Positions 51,003-60,577 of a stretch of DNA of 64,000 nucleotides are shown here, piece by piece. The notes beneath the pieces were generated by a model. The model ran no database searches. It saw nothing but the letters and a program-made list of their open reading frames with translations, and was not told where the DNA came from. The position numbers were made by a program, and so were the translations under genes. Numbering within the stretch: the first letter of the stretch is position 1; each line of letters opens with the position of its first letter. The DNA is from a virus, in the IMG/VR virus record IMGVR_UViG_3300044739_000018, positions 64,001-128,000 of that record; one strand, 5' to 3'.

Positions 51003-51606
51003 CGCCGATAGAGTCTCATGGCTTCTATCACCATCACCATCCCCGATGCTCAGGTTCAACGAGTGTTGGACGCCTTCAGCCATCGTTACGGCTACCAAGA
51101 CCAGATTGACGGCGCACCAAACCCTCAAACGAAGGTCCAGTTCGCCAAGCAGCAGGTGGCACTCTGGATCAAGCGAGAGACCGAGGACTACGAGCGGGCA
51201 ATCCGAATCGCAGCAGCCGAGGCGGCTGCCATTGCACTCGACGCCACCTGACGTAGAATCAGACCATGTGTGGTGGAGGGAAGTGCAACCCCGATCCTCA
51301 GGTCGCCGCCAGCTTCCACCGCCTGGAGGAGCAGCGTCTGGCTGACATCGAGCGGTGGGGCCAGTGCGAGGAGATCAGCTACCGCAACAAACGGTGCCAC
51401 TACCCAATCGGTCACGACCGCGGGCACCATGCCGGTGACGGAATCACCTGGGCAACGGACGTTGAACATGAGGGCGGCCAGGCGGCAGAGCTGAAGAAGT
51501 TGTTCGAGACGTGCAAGACGATCATCCCCGGCATCGAGCTGCCCGCATGGGTGGAGTTCCAGGCCGACTTGTCTCACCTGGGCTTTCTGCTGGGGATCAA
51601 GAACGA

Positions 51607-51678
51607 GGACGCGTAACTCAGAGGCAGAGTGCCAGGACGACACCCTGGTGGTCATTGGTTCGAATCCAATCGTGTCCA
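51607..51678 (+). tRNA. tRNA-Val(GAC)
   Basis: CCAGG-ACGACAC-CCTGG. Confidence 0.9.
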
Positions 51679-51896
51679 CGCAGCAAAATGCCAACTCAAG
51701 TTGAAGAGGCACCCATACCGAGAGCACATCGTCTTCATAAGACGCCCTGTGCGGATTAAGAGTTTACCAACGGTAGGCTGCTACATCATTGTGTCGATGT
51801 AGTTTGATCAGGACCCTCGGGGCAGGTAGCGCACTCGGCAGATAACCGGGGAGGCGGCCATGGTGGAACCTTGGAAACACGAGCCAAGCACTGCGG

Positions 51897-51966
51897 TGCC
51901 GTGTGATTTGGTAATCAAGGCTGGCTTATATCCAGCCCCTCTCGGGTTCGACTCCCGGCGCGGCTA
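51897..51966 (+). tRNA. tRNA-Ile(TAT), atypical
   Basis: GGCTGG-CTTATAT-CCAGCC; short D loop. Confidence 0.7.
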
Positions 51967-52045
51967 CGTCATGACCTACCTCCGAGAGTTCTCCACAGTG
52001 AGTGGGTAGTGTCGGCAGGAAAACTCGGCTGACTGTCGGCCACTT

Positions 52046-52120
52046 GCGTAACAAGCCAACTAGGTTGGAGGCGCTACCCTGATAAGGTAGATATGCGAGG
52101 TTCGAATCCTCGGTTACGCA
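52046..52120 (+). tRNA. tRNA-Ile(GAT)
   Basis: CTACC-CTGATAA-GGTAG. Confidence 0.9.
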
Positions 52121-52262
52121 CTCAGAAATACGACTGATGCAGCAATAGAAACAGCGACCAGGAGGGGCCTGAAACCCCTTCGGCCTGCCGAGGTCAGCAT
52201 GCGGCTCTTAACCGCCTCGCCCCTCTCTGCTGAAACTGTTGAAGGCGTATCAACTGAAGCAA

Positions 52263-52335
52263 GCCTCTCTGGCGTAATGGATAGCGTGTCGGCCTTTTAA
52301 GCCGGTCGGTCAGGGTTCGAATCCCTGGGGGGGCA
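52263..52335 (+). tRNA. tRNA-Lys(TTT)
   Basis: TCGGC-CTTTTAA-GCCGG. Confidence 0.92.
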
Positions 52336-52343
52336 CTTTTCAT

Positions 52344-52419
52344 AGGCGGGTAGCTCAGAGGCCAGAGCAGCACCCTTACAAGGTGAAGTGCGAGGGTTCG
52401 ACTCCCTCTCCGCCTACCA
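52344..52419 (+). tRNA. tRNA-Val(TAC)
   Basis: CACC-CTTACAA-GGTG; CCA. Confidence 0.93.
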
Positions 52420-52420
52420 T

Positions 52421-52498
52421 GGTGGCCGTAGCTCAGTTGGTTAGAGCGCCAGGTTGTGATCCTGGATGTCGGGGGTTCGAGTCCCCTCGGTCACCCCA
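52421..52498 (+). tRNA. tRNA-His(GTG)
   Basis: G-1; CCAGG-TTGTGAT-CCTGG; C discriminator plus CCA. Confidence 0.95.
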
Positions 52499-53097
52499 TG
52501 AGCACCAAAGTCAAAGAGATCACGTCGAATCCCAACGGGGACCGGCGACGGTGCCAGCTCTGCAATCCAACCCCTGACCGAATTCCACTGGACAAGGTGT
52601 GGGCCTGGTCGCTAGAACATCCAGGAGAACCTTGGAGGCGAAGTGGCTGAGACCCTGACGGACGTTTCCCAGCACTACCGGGAGCGGGCAGAAGTCAGCA
52701 TGTACTGGTGGGACGAGGACGACGAGGTTGCCATGGAGATCGTGCAGGACGCCATGAAGAACCTCATGTTCGCCTTCAAGCGGGCAGGAGTACGAGTACC
52801 GGCCCTGCACGTCACGGGCAGGAAGTAATGGGCGACCCGTTCCGCTGTGGACGTTGCGACACGTGGTTCGACTACTACGAGGCCCTGGAGCGGCACATCG
52901 CGAAGGAGCATCCCAAGCCCTCGGACAAGTCGGTCCTCGCCACCATGCAGTATGAATTGAAGGAGGCGCTGCTTGAAATCCAGCGGCATCATGCCGACTT
53001 CAAGAAGGTCAGTCAGGCCCTCGACGACTACGAGGAGCATGGCGATGCGAAATTGCTTTACAAGACGGTCAGGAGCGTTGTAGGATGATTCCCACGT

Positions 53098-53170
53098 TGC
53101 GGTGGGAGGGGACGGAGACCCTGTCAGGCTCATAACCTGGACTATGCGAGTTCGATTCTCGCCGCCGCTA
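53098..53170 (+). tRNA. tRNA-Met(CAT) with 1:72 mismatch
   Basis: TCAGG-CTCATAA-CCTGG. Confidence 0.85.
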
Positions 53171-53194
53171 CTAAGCAGTACAGCTTAACCTCTT

Positions 53195-53270
53195 GCCGGG
53201 AGGGTGAAACGGTTTCCACGGGGGCCTCATAAGCCTCAGACATGCGGTTCGACTCCGCTTCCCGCCACCA
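53195..53270 (+). tRNA. tRNA(CAT), Met or Ile2
   Basis: GGGGC-CTCATAA-GCCTC; ACCA end. Confidence 0.8.
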
Positions 53271-53428
53271 TCTAAGGGACGCCTCCAAGGAGGTGAGTCC
53301 GATGTAGCAGCAACAACTAACATGCGAAGACACTCAACGGAGTGCCAGGAGTAACTCGGTAACACGGGCGCTGCTCCACAGGTCAATCGGGAGGCCAGGC
53401 CCCGCAAGTCGGGGCCGCTCCAATTCTT

Positions 53429-53504
53429 GGGGACGAAGCTCAGCAGGTTGAGCATCTGTCTGGCAGACAGAAGGTCGAGGGTTCGAATCCCTTCGTCTCC
53501 ACCA
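53429..53504 (+). tRNA. tRNA-Ala(GGC)
   Basis: G3-U70; TCTGT-CTGGCAG-ACAGA; CCA. Confidence 0.93.
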
Positions 53505-53964
53505 TCATGGCATCAGCAACCGAAGGCAAAATCGACGTAGAGGTTACGCACGCATTCTGTATTGACCGTGCAGTCAAGACCTTGAAGTCGGTCTACAAGG
53601 CGGGTTTGAGTGCCGAGATCATCGAGCACACGCTGGCAACAGTGGACCGCTGGTTGAAGATTGCCGCAGAGATCCGAGCGGGTGACGAGCTTGCTAGCTA
53701 CAAGTTCAACGCCCTGAAGAGGCAGTTGGAAGAGGAGAGTATGTAGTACGAACTCGGTGCGGACGTGATTCCGCCACTGCCTTCTGCCAACGCCTGGGCC
53801 GAACCGTGACGAACGGTGACTGCAAGGGAAGGTGCCGACATGGGAACTCCGGCCGGGTTACCTGTGAGCGGATAGAGGGGTCAGTGAAGAAATGACCCGA
53901 TAGGGGAACGCTGTGCCGCGGAGGCGGCGGTCCCTTTCTTATCCATCCTTTATCTCCGCAACAC

Positions 53965-54037
53965 GGGCCTGTAGCTCCAACGGTAGAGCAACTGCTTTGC
54001 AAGCAGAGGGTTGTCGGTTCGAATCCGACCTGGTCCA
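53965..54037 (+). tRNA. tRNA-Ala(TGC)
   Basis: G3-U70; CTGC-TTTGCAA-GCAG. Confidence 0.93.
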
Positions 54038-54042
54038 CGCAA

Positions 54043-54125
54043 GGGCGAGTGGCGTAATTGGCAGCCGCGCTGGTCTTAGGAACCAGTGTCTATATGACGT
54101 GCGGGTTCGAGTCCCGCCTTGCCCA
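54043..54125 (+). tRNA. tRNA-Leu(TAG)
   Basis: CTGGT-CTTAGGA-ACCAG; long variable arm. Confidence 0.93.
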
Positions 54126-54407
54126 CGTGACGGCACGAGCAGGAACAGCAAGGAAGTCCACCGGAGCGGTAGCCAAGGGAGCCACTCGGCGGATATCAGT
54201 AGCTCGCACGGGAGGGTATCCGTGTGGCTTCTGTGGTGGCGGGAAACCGAACGGGCAGCGGTACTGTGCCCAGTGCATTGACGAGTATGCCGACTTCATG
54301 GAAGTCACTGGCATCGACGAGTCACCGCACAGTGCCGACCTCTACAAGCTCTATCGCTTCATGTCTATGAAGGATGAAGTCGAGCGCATCAAAGAGAAGT
54401 ACAGCTA

Positions 54408-54485
54408 GCTGACGTAGCCCAATCCGGCAGAGGCACATGGTTCAGAACCATGCCAGTGGAGGTTCGAGTCCTCTCGTCAGCACCA
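54408..54485 (+). tRNA. tRNA-Leu(CAG), short variable loop
   Basis: CATGG-TTCAGAA-CCATG; CCA. Confidence 0.9.
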
Positions 54486-54486
54486 A

Positions 54487-54562
54487 GCCTCTGTAGTGCT
54501 AATGGTTATCACGTCGGTTTCGTAAACCGAAGGACTCAGTTCGACTCTGAGCAGAGGCTCCA
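54487..54562 (+). tRNA. tRNA-Thr(CGT)
   Basis: TCGGT-TTCGTAA-ACCGA; CCA. Confidence 0.9.
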
Positions 54563-54563
54563 C

Positions 54564-54646
54564 GCGAACGTGGCGGAATGGTATACGCGCTAGGTCGAGA
54601 GCCTAGTGCCCGCAAGGGATTGAGGGTTCGACTCCCTCCGTTCGCA
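54564..54646 (+). tRNA. tRNA-Leu(GAG)
   Basis: CTAGG-TCGAGAG-CCTAG; long variable arm. Confidence 0.92.
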
Positions 54647-54961
54647 CAAATCGTTGACCCGCTCGCCCTCCAATGTTAGGGTCAGGTTCAACTGAACCTC
54701 AAGACCATGGAGGCGGCGGTGGACGAGTACGTGGCGCTGTTCTGCCCGCACTGCGGCGTGCATCTCAACGAGGTTGAGACGGACGACGAGACCCTGGTTG
54801 CCCTCACTCCTGAGCCTGGGACCAGTGTGAAGTGCGGCCACTGTGGTATCGAGACCGACGACTGGAACCACATCGTCCAGTGCCGTCGCACGCTTGGCGC
54901 TGTGGGGGAGCTTCGGTTCCGTCAGGCGGCTGAGCGTCTTGCCGCTCTGGAGCAAGAGCTT

Positions 54962-55031
54962 GCCCTCGGCACGGAAGCTACGCGGGCCTTCTAAGCCTGT
55001 GGACCGGGTTCGATTCCTGGCGGGGGTGCCA
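54962..55031 (+). tRNA. tRNA-Arg(TCT) lacking a paired D arm
   Basis: GCCCTCG/CGGGGGT-G-CCA; CGGGC-CTTCTAA-GCCTG; T arm intact. Confidence 0.75.
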
Positions 55032-55440
55032 TCATGATTGTCGCACTTCTGCTCGGCCTGTTCTGCCTCATTTTTGGCATCGGGCTTTACTTCGACAGCT
55101 ACACTCACAACTGGTGCGACCTGCACCATTGGGATAGGTGTGAGCAACAATGCTCAGGACGAAGGTGGCGGGGCTGGTGACAGAAACAGAGAATGCAACC
55201 CACACGCTGTTTACCTGGATCACGCCGTCAGGCACTCAGGCTCGGATCAAGGTCGTCCTTGGTGCGGGCACACAGCGCGAGGTGTGGGACATGGCGGCGA
55301 ACGTCTTGAAGTTCGAGATGGTGGACAACCTTCACATGGAGCGCACGAACGGAGATGCTCCGCCCGCCGACGACATCTTCGCCATGTGGATTCAGTTCGC
55401 TATCGCCCACTGCAAGCAGATGAGTGGCGTCGAAGACTAA

Positions 55441-55511
55441 CGGGTCGAGTTGTTACGGAAGCATCCGGGGTTTGGAACCCCGTGGCCGGGGTTCGACTCC
55501 CTGCGACCCGA
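55441..55511 (+). tRNA. tRNA-Pro(TGG)
   Basis: CGGGG-TTTGGAA-CCCCG. Confidence 0.88.
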
Positions 55512-55524
55512 CGTAGTAATGCAA

Positions 55525-55598
55525 CTGGGTATGGCTCAGCTAGGTAGAGCGCCGCGTTCGGGACGCGGAGGCCGTTGGTTCGAATCCAACTACCCAGA
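55525..55598 (+). tRNA. tRNA-Pro(CGG)
   Basis: CCGCG-TTCGGGA-CGCGG. Confidence 0.93.
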
Positions 55599-55962
55599 CT
55601 CACCAGGTAGGTGACACGAAAGGATGCTCACCATGAGCAAGCGCGTGGACTGTAGGGAGGTGCCGCTGATGACCCTGTCGTAAGGGAGGTGATCATCAAT
55701 GGCAGCCAAACAGTCCAACAAGAAGAAGGGTGGCAACAAGCACTCTTCAAATCTTCGTCGGCACGAACGGAAGGCACTTCACAACCGTCGTATTAACTAC
55801 ACGCCCGTTCCCGGCAAGTGCGGTAGCTCGTTCTGCGAGAAGCGCACCGGCTGTGAACCCTGGAAGTAATCCTGGGCACGGCGTTAGCGGTATCTCCTAG
55901 AAACCAACCGGCTCAACGGCTTGGGGCCTCAAATTGGTGGTCCCAGCCGTCGAGACCTGTTC

Positions 55963-56304
55963 ATGCCCTACAAGAATCCGGAAGATCAACGTGCAAGTGA
56001 ACGCCGGTACTATGCAGCACACCGAGAGCAGGCGCTTGAGAAGCAGCGCAGGCATCGAGCGGCGTTGAAGTTGCACGTGAACGGCATCAAGGCGTCCACT
56101 CCCTGCACAGACTGTGGCGTCTCATACCCCTACTACGTCATGGACTTCGATCACGTTCGTGGTGAGAAGATCGGTGACTTGAATCGCCTCGTTGCCACTG
56201 GCCGCAAAGCACTTGTGCTCGCAGAAATGGAGAAGTGCGAGCTTGTCTGTGCTAACTGCCATCGGGAACGAACACATCAACGGGCATTGGCTCAGTTTGG
56301 TTAG
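55963..56304 (+). CDS. HNH endonuclease
   Basis: PCTDCG..MDFDHVRG...CELVCANCHRERT. Confidence 0.9.
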   Translation: MPYKNPEDQRASERRYYAAHREQALEKQRRHRAALKLHVNGIKASTPCTDCGVSYPYYVMDFDHVRGEKIGDLNRLVATGRKALVLAEMEKCELVCANCHRERTHQRALAQFG

Positions 56305-56355
56305 AGCGCCGGTCTGGGGGACCGGAGGCCGCAAGTTCGAATCTTGCATGCCCGA
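56281..56355 (+). tRNA. tRNA-Pro(GGG)
   Basis: CCGGT-CTGGGGG-ACCGG. Confidence 0.92.
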
Positions 56356-56415
56356 CGCAACACTCCTGTCTGTCGCATTCTCGATTGGATGTTCCAATCA
56401 GACAAGGAGGATACA

Positions 56416-56796
56416 ATGAGCATCTACTACAGTCCTGAGGACCACGGTCTTGAGGTCTTTGGAGAGCTTGACGAGCCGAATATGTCCTACGAGTTCCACA
56501 TGCTCGTCGTGTGGCAGTCGAAGGACGGGCGGCTCTGGTATGCAGAGGACAGTGGGTGCTCGTGCCCCAGCCCTTTCGAGGACTGCCACAGCACCGATGA
56601 CCTCATCGAGATCACGCACGCCAGCCTTGACCAGTTCTGGGCCGACGTAAACGACTTCTCCGGCTACAGCAACGAAGGCATCCTCGCCTGCGAGAAGACC
56701 CGGCTTCTCTCTGAGGTGACAAGTGCCTTGCCTCCGCTCGATGTCAGTGGCACCATTGCTGGCTTGGAGCGGATTGCTCGGGACCTCGCGTCCTGA
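56416..56796 (+). CDS. hypothetical phage protein
   Basis: AAGGAGG RBS; DSGCSCPSPFE motif. Confidence 0.7.
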   Translation: MSIYYSPEDHGLEVFGELDEPNMSYEFHMLVVWQSKDGRLWYAEDSGCSCPSPFEDCHSTDDLIEITHASLDQFWADVNDFSGYSNEGILACEKTRLLSEVTSALPPLDVSGTIAGLERIARDLAS

Positions 56797-56804
56797 GCAC
56801 CCAT

Positions 56805-56877
56805 TGGCAGATAGTGTAACCGGCAACACACTTGGCTCTGAACCAAGAGACTCCAGGTTCGAACCCTGGTCTGCCAG
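56805..56877 (+). tRNA. tRNA-Gln(CTG)
   Basis: CTTGG-CTCTGAA-CCAAG. Confidence 0.93.
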
Positions 56878-57193
56878 CTTATGGATGAGTGGAAAGCGGC
56901 AACGTTTATTCCGAACGTGATGGATGAAGCCGTTGAGAGCAAGAATGACGCCGTAAGAGCAGAACTCATCTACTGGCTACATACGACCTGGCCTGAGCAT
57001 TGCCCGTGCAATTCCTGTATCGAGCAGCGAGAGGACATACAGGCCATCGTCGAAGGACGACCACACTCCTACAGCGGAACGAAGGTGCGTCGTGGGCAAG
57101 AAGGTAACATCGACAGCGAAACAAGAGAAGGCAGCACGCCTTCATGAGAAGAAGAAGCTGCGTAAGCAGAAGCGACGTGGTAACCCAAGCTGA

Positions 57194-57325
57194 ATGGGCA
57201 GTTCCGATTAGCTGTGGGGATGCCGGGGTTAGCCTCCCGGCCGCGGGCACAGGCTCGTGTAGCTCAAAGTGGCGAGCACGCAGAGGCGTGGCTGAAACCC
57301 AGGAAGTACGGATCAACCAGTCCAT
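57194..57325 (+). ncRNA. circularly permuted tRNA-like RNA (YrlA/Y-RNA-like), copy 2
   Basis: CTGTG, T-like arm, acceptor CGCGGGC-ACAG-GCTCGTG, TA, D arm GCTC-AAAGTGGC-GAGC, A, CGCAG; imperfect outer stem. Confidence 0.65.
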
Positions 57326-57328
57326 CAT

Positions 57329-57399
57329 TCGGGAGTCGTTTAACGGCAGGACAGCGGGCTTTGAACCCGCGAGTGAGGGTTCGAATCCTTCCTCCCGAG
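57329..57399 (+). tRNA. tRNA-Gln(TTG)
   Basis: GCGGG-CTTTGAA-CCCGC. Confidence 0.93.
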
Positions 57400-57757
57400 C
57401 GTGAATCAAGCTGACCGAGGCAGACTCAAAGAGATCATAGAGCTGGAGCGCGGGCTGACATACAGGGAAGCCGTGCATGCCATCGAGATGCAAGAGAAGC
57501 TCTCAAAGTTGCAGGTCATCGCATCAACCCACGAGAACTTCCCTGAGATTTGCCCATGCGTGGACTGCAAGGAGCAGCGCCATGACCTCAAGGTCATCCG
57601 ATCTCACTACGGATGAGCTGATCGCCTTCGTCCGGCGCAGGATGGTCAACCTGGACGAGTTGGCCCAGTTCCTCCACAACCACTTCCCCGAGGAGTGCCC
57701 GTGCTGGCTCTGCTCTGAGCACAGGCACCAGATCAGGGAGATCAAGCACAAGTACAG

Positions 57758-57834
57758 GCTGGCGTAGCCCAATTGGTAGAGGCCGCGGAGTCAAATCCCG
57801 TGGGTTGTCGGTTCGAATCCGTCCGCCAGTACCA
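57758..57834 (+). tRNA. tRNA-Leu(CAA), short variable loop
   Basis: Loop GTCAAAT; CCA. Confidence 0.85.
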
Positions 57835-57964
57835 AATCCGATGCCTATGTCGCCTTCTGTCTGAATCTTTCAGACACTCCACGTGCCCGCGTGGGTTGTC
57901 TTCTCGCCCCCCGGGGCATACTCTAGGAGTACCTGCCTTCCTCCATGGCTGGTTGGTGCGTTAT

Positions 57965-57997
57965 GAAGCCCCGCGGCAGATCCCGCGGGGCTTCTTT
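57965..57997 (+). terminator. intrinsic terminator closing the RNA island
   Basis: GAAGCCCCGCGG-CAGATC-CCGCGGGGCTTC-TTT between convergent units. Confidence 0.8.
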
Positions 57998-58412
57998 GCG
58001 TCTAGGCCCCGACGCTGGCGAGGATCCGACTCGGCCAGAACTCCTCCAGGCCAAGCTGCCTCACAAGTTCGAGACGGTCTTCTGGTCGTGCCGCCATCGC
58101 GATGAACTTGATGAAGGCAATGTCCAGGTAGCGGAGCGGAACGTCGTGCAAGTTGGCGACGAGCCACGGATCAGGAATCACGGAGCCTCTTGACCTCTGC
58201 GATCAGGGCCAGAATGACCGACTGTGGCGACCAGCCGCCGAGGTGGCGCTTGCAGTCCACGGCGTCGATGAAGTGCTCGTCCTCGACGCACGTACACGGC
58301 TGGGTCGTGTCATCGGGCTGGTCGAGCACGTCGTACAGGTGTGTTCGACCGTCGTCACTCGTGCCGCAGGCGGACTCCAAGATTGCCAGCGTCATGTCGT
58401 CAGTGGGGAACA

Positions 58413-58655
58413 TCAGCCGTTCCAAGTCTTCGGGTCCTCCACGATGTAGGTCCAGACGTTTTTCACGTCCGAGGACATCTTCTTGATCCTGTCCTGCTGG
58501 ACCATCTTCGCCAAGATGCGGTTCACGGCGAAGTACGTGATCCCCAATTCGGTTGCCAACGTCCGTTGAACGATTCGAATTCTGTGCAGTCGGTCGGACT
58601 TTCGGAACAAGTACGCGTGGAGGGCGTCAATGTCAATCGCTTGCCCGCGCGGCAT
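58413..58655 (-). CDS. winged-HTH DNA-binding protein (Crp-like)
   Basis: IVQRTLATELGITYFAVNRILAKM. Confidence 0.7.
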   Translation of the reverse strand: MPRGQAIDIDALHAYLFRKSDRLHRIRIVQRTLATELGITYFAVNRILAKMVQQDRIKKMSSDVKNVWTYIVEDPKTWNG

Positions 58656-59373
58656 TCTCCTCCTTCAAGCGTTCACGAAGCTTGTGGTAGCGCAGTTCAA
58701 GCTCCTCGTTGTAGCGCCGGAGTTGGCGCTCCTCCTTGACGGTGATGAACTGCCCCCCGGATACGCACCCCTTGCAGCCACGGAAACGTCCGTTGCCACT
58801 CTCCTCCCACGCCGTTGTCATCTCTGACTTTCGGAACCACATGTCGCATAGTGGGCAATGCTCCCACGATGGCTGCTTTGCGCAGTCCTCGCACAGCACT
58901 GCCGCGATCTTGTGCTTGCCGACGTAGACCCTGTAGTGCCCGCCATGGTGGCGATCCCTCGTCTCCACTCGGCTGCGGCAGTCGTGGCAGAGCCGAAAGA
59001 ACTTCTGCTCGGCCCCGTCGAGGTGCTGACGGTTCACCATGTCCCAAATGTCCTGGAACCCGGTGTCCCGGACGATGCACTCTGGATGGCCGAAGGTCTT
59101 CTTCTCGAAGATCACGCCGCCCTTGGGCACCTTGTATGACCTCGGCAGCCGAATGACGAAGATCAGGCGAAGGGACTTGGCTCGTATCGGCTGGGAGCAA
59201 ATCTGGCACGTCGATGCCCGCTTGGACGAATCGGCGTAGATGCGGAACAGGGCACTCCGCGGATTGCAGCCATTAGGAAAGACGCAGACCAGGCGAGCGC
59301 CCTTAGGGTGCGGGTCGCGGGGAGGCTTCGGCTTCTCGTAAGTCTGTGGGCCGAAGTCGTCATCGTCAGCCAT
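58633..59373 (-). CDS. PARP-type zinc-finger protein with further zinc ribbons
   Basis: YADSSKRASTCQICSQPI...LRL...GHPECI. Confidence 0.65.
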   Translation of the reverse strand: MADDDDFGPQTYEKPKPPRDPHPKGARLVCVFPNGCNPRSALFRIYADSSKRASTCQICSQPIRAKSLRLIFVIRLPRSYKVPKGGVIFEKKTFGHPECIVRDTGFQDIWDMVNRQHLDGAEQKFFRLCHDCRSRVETRDRHHGGHYRVYVGKHKIAAVLCEDCAKQPSWEHCPLCDMWFRKSEMTTAWEESGNGRFRGCKGCVSGGQFITVKEERQLRRYNEELELRYHKLRERLKEENAARASD

Positions 59374-59641
59374 TCAACCGTCCCTTCAACCCCGGTGCCG
59401 GATGGAAACCAAGAACACGGTGCTCGGGAACAACAACTTCTGCACCAGTGGCTGGGTTCCTGCGAACCATGGCCTTGCGGACATGGGTTTCGAAACGCCC
59501 AAACCCCCGGATGGTCACATTCTGTCCATCCTCCAGGGCAACTGCAAGCGATTCCAGAAAAGCCCTCATGACGCGAGCCGCCACCGCAGGGTCGACGCCC
59601 TCCTGGGCGCAGACGGCGGTGATCAAGTCGGTTGCGTTCAA
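59366..59641 (-). CDS. HU/IHF-family DNA-binding protein
   Basis: VTIRGFGRF...RNPATG...FHPAPGLK. Confidence 0.92.
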   Translation of the reverse strand: MNATDLITAVCAQEGVDPAVAARVMRAFLESLAVALEDGQNVTIRGFGRFETHVRKAMVRRNPATGAEVVVPEHRVLGFHPAPGLKGRLNG

Positions 59642-60577
59642 TCCGCCGTCTCCATGGCTTGCAGGCACCTATCCGCCACTGCCTGGTCCTGCCACTTTAG
59701 ACTCTCGGCGTGGACAGTCAAGACCGGTTCTCCCGTGCCCAGTTCGAAGCCGCCCGTATGTTCGTAGCCCGGATGCGAGCGGAGGCCAACCAGGAGATGT
59801 TCGAGTTCGATGACATCGGCATGCTATGGCTACCAGACCTCGACGGTGAAGATCCCATCGTGGCCGATGTGGATGGCAGGCCCATAAGCGCCGGGGACTT
59901 CGTGCGGGCGGCTCTGGTCATGATGTGGAGCATGCTGCTGGAGACAGCCCAGCTTCAAGACCTCGACCCTGGTGCCCTCGTGACGCAGCTTGGTTTGAGC
60001 CTGGCTCAGTACGAACCGCCAGAAGGTACTTGACAGGAATGCCACGCGTGTGATTCACTTCCGCACGCGACGCGACAGGCCAGGGGCCGGTCCCAAGTAC
60101 GAAGGTCGGAAAAGCGGGATTAGCGCCGGTGAGCAGTAGCCGGTTGGGGCAAAGCCCCTCCAGAGAGTCCGGGTGATGCCGGACCAAGGCGCTCGCAGAA
60201 TGTTGGCCTCGGATAAGTCAAGGTCTAGATGGAGTCAACTCCCATCTAGCTCCGAGTCGCGCATTACGGCATCCCTTAACACGGGGGGCGGCCGGGGTCT
60301 TCGACACCCTGCCCCCCGGACCCCCCGCTCGCTGCCGCTCGCAAAAAGACCAACTTCGTTCTGCTGCAAGAAGCAAGTTGCTTTCCACCTCGGACAGACT
60401 CCGGCTCGTCTACCTATATGTCGATTGAGCGGGCCTGAACGAAAGCAAATTTTCGGAAAAGCCTGTGACCAGGGACGATGCGAGTCCGTAGTGCAAGTTT
60501 TACGCACTTAAGCAGGTCGGCTAAGTGCCGGTTGTGAGGCCGTCGAACTCAACGTGCGTTCAGCCGATACAGATGGC

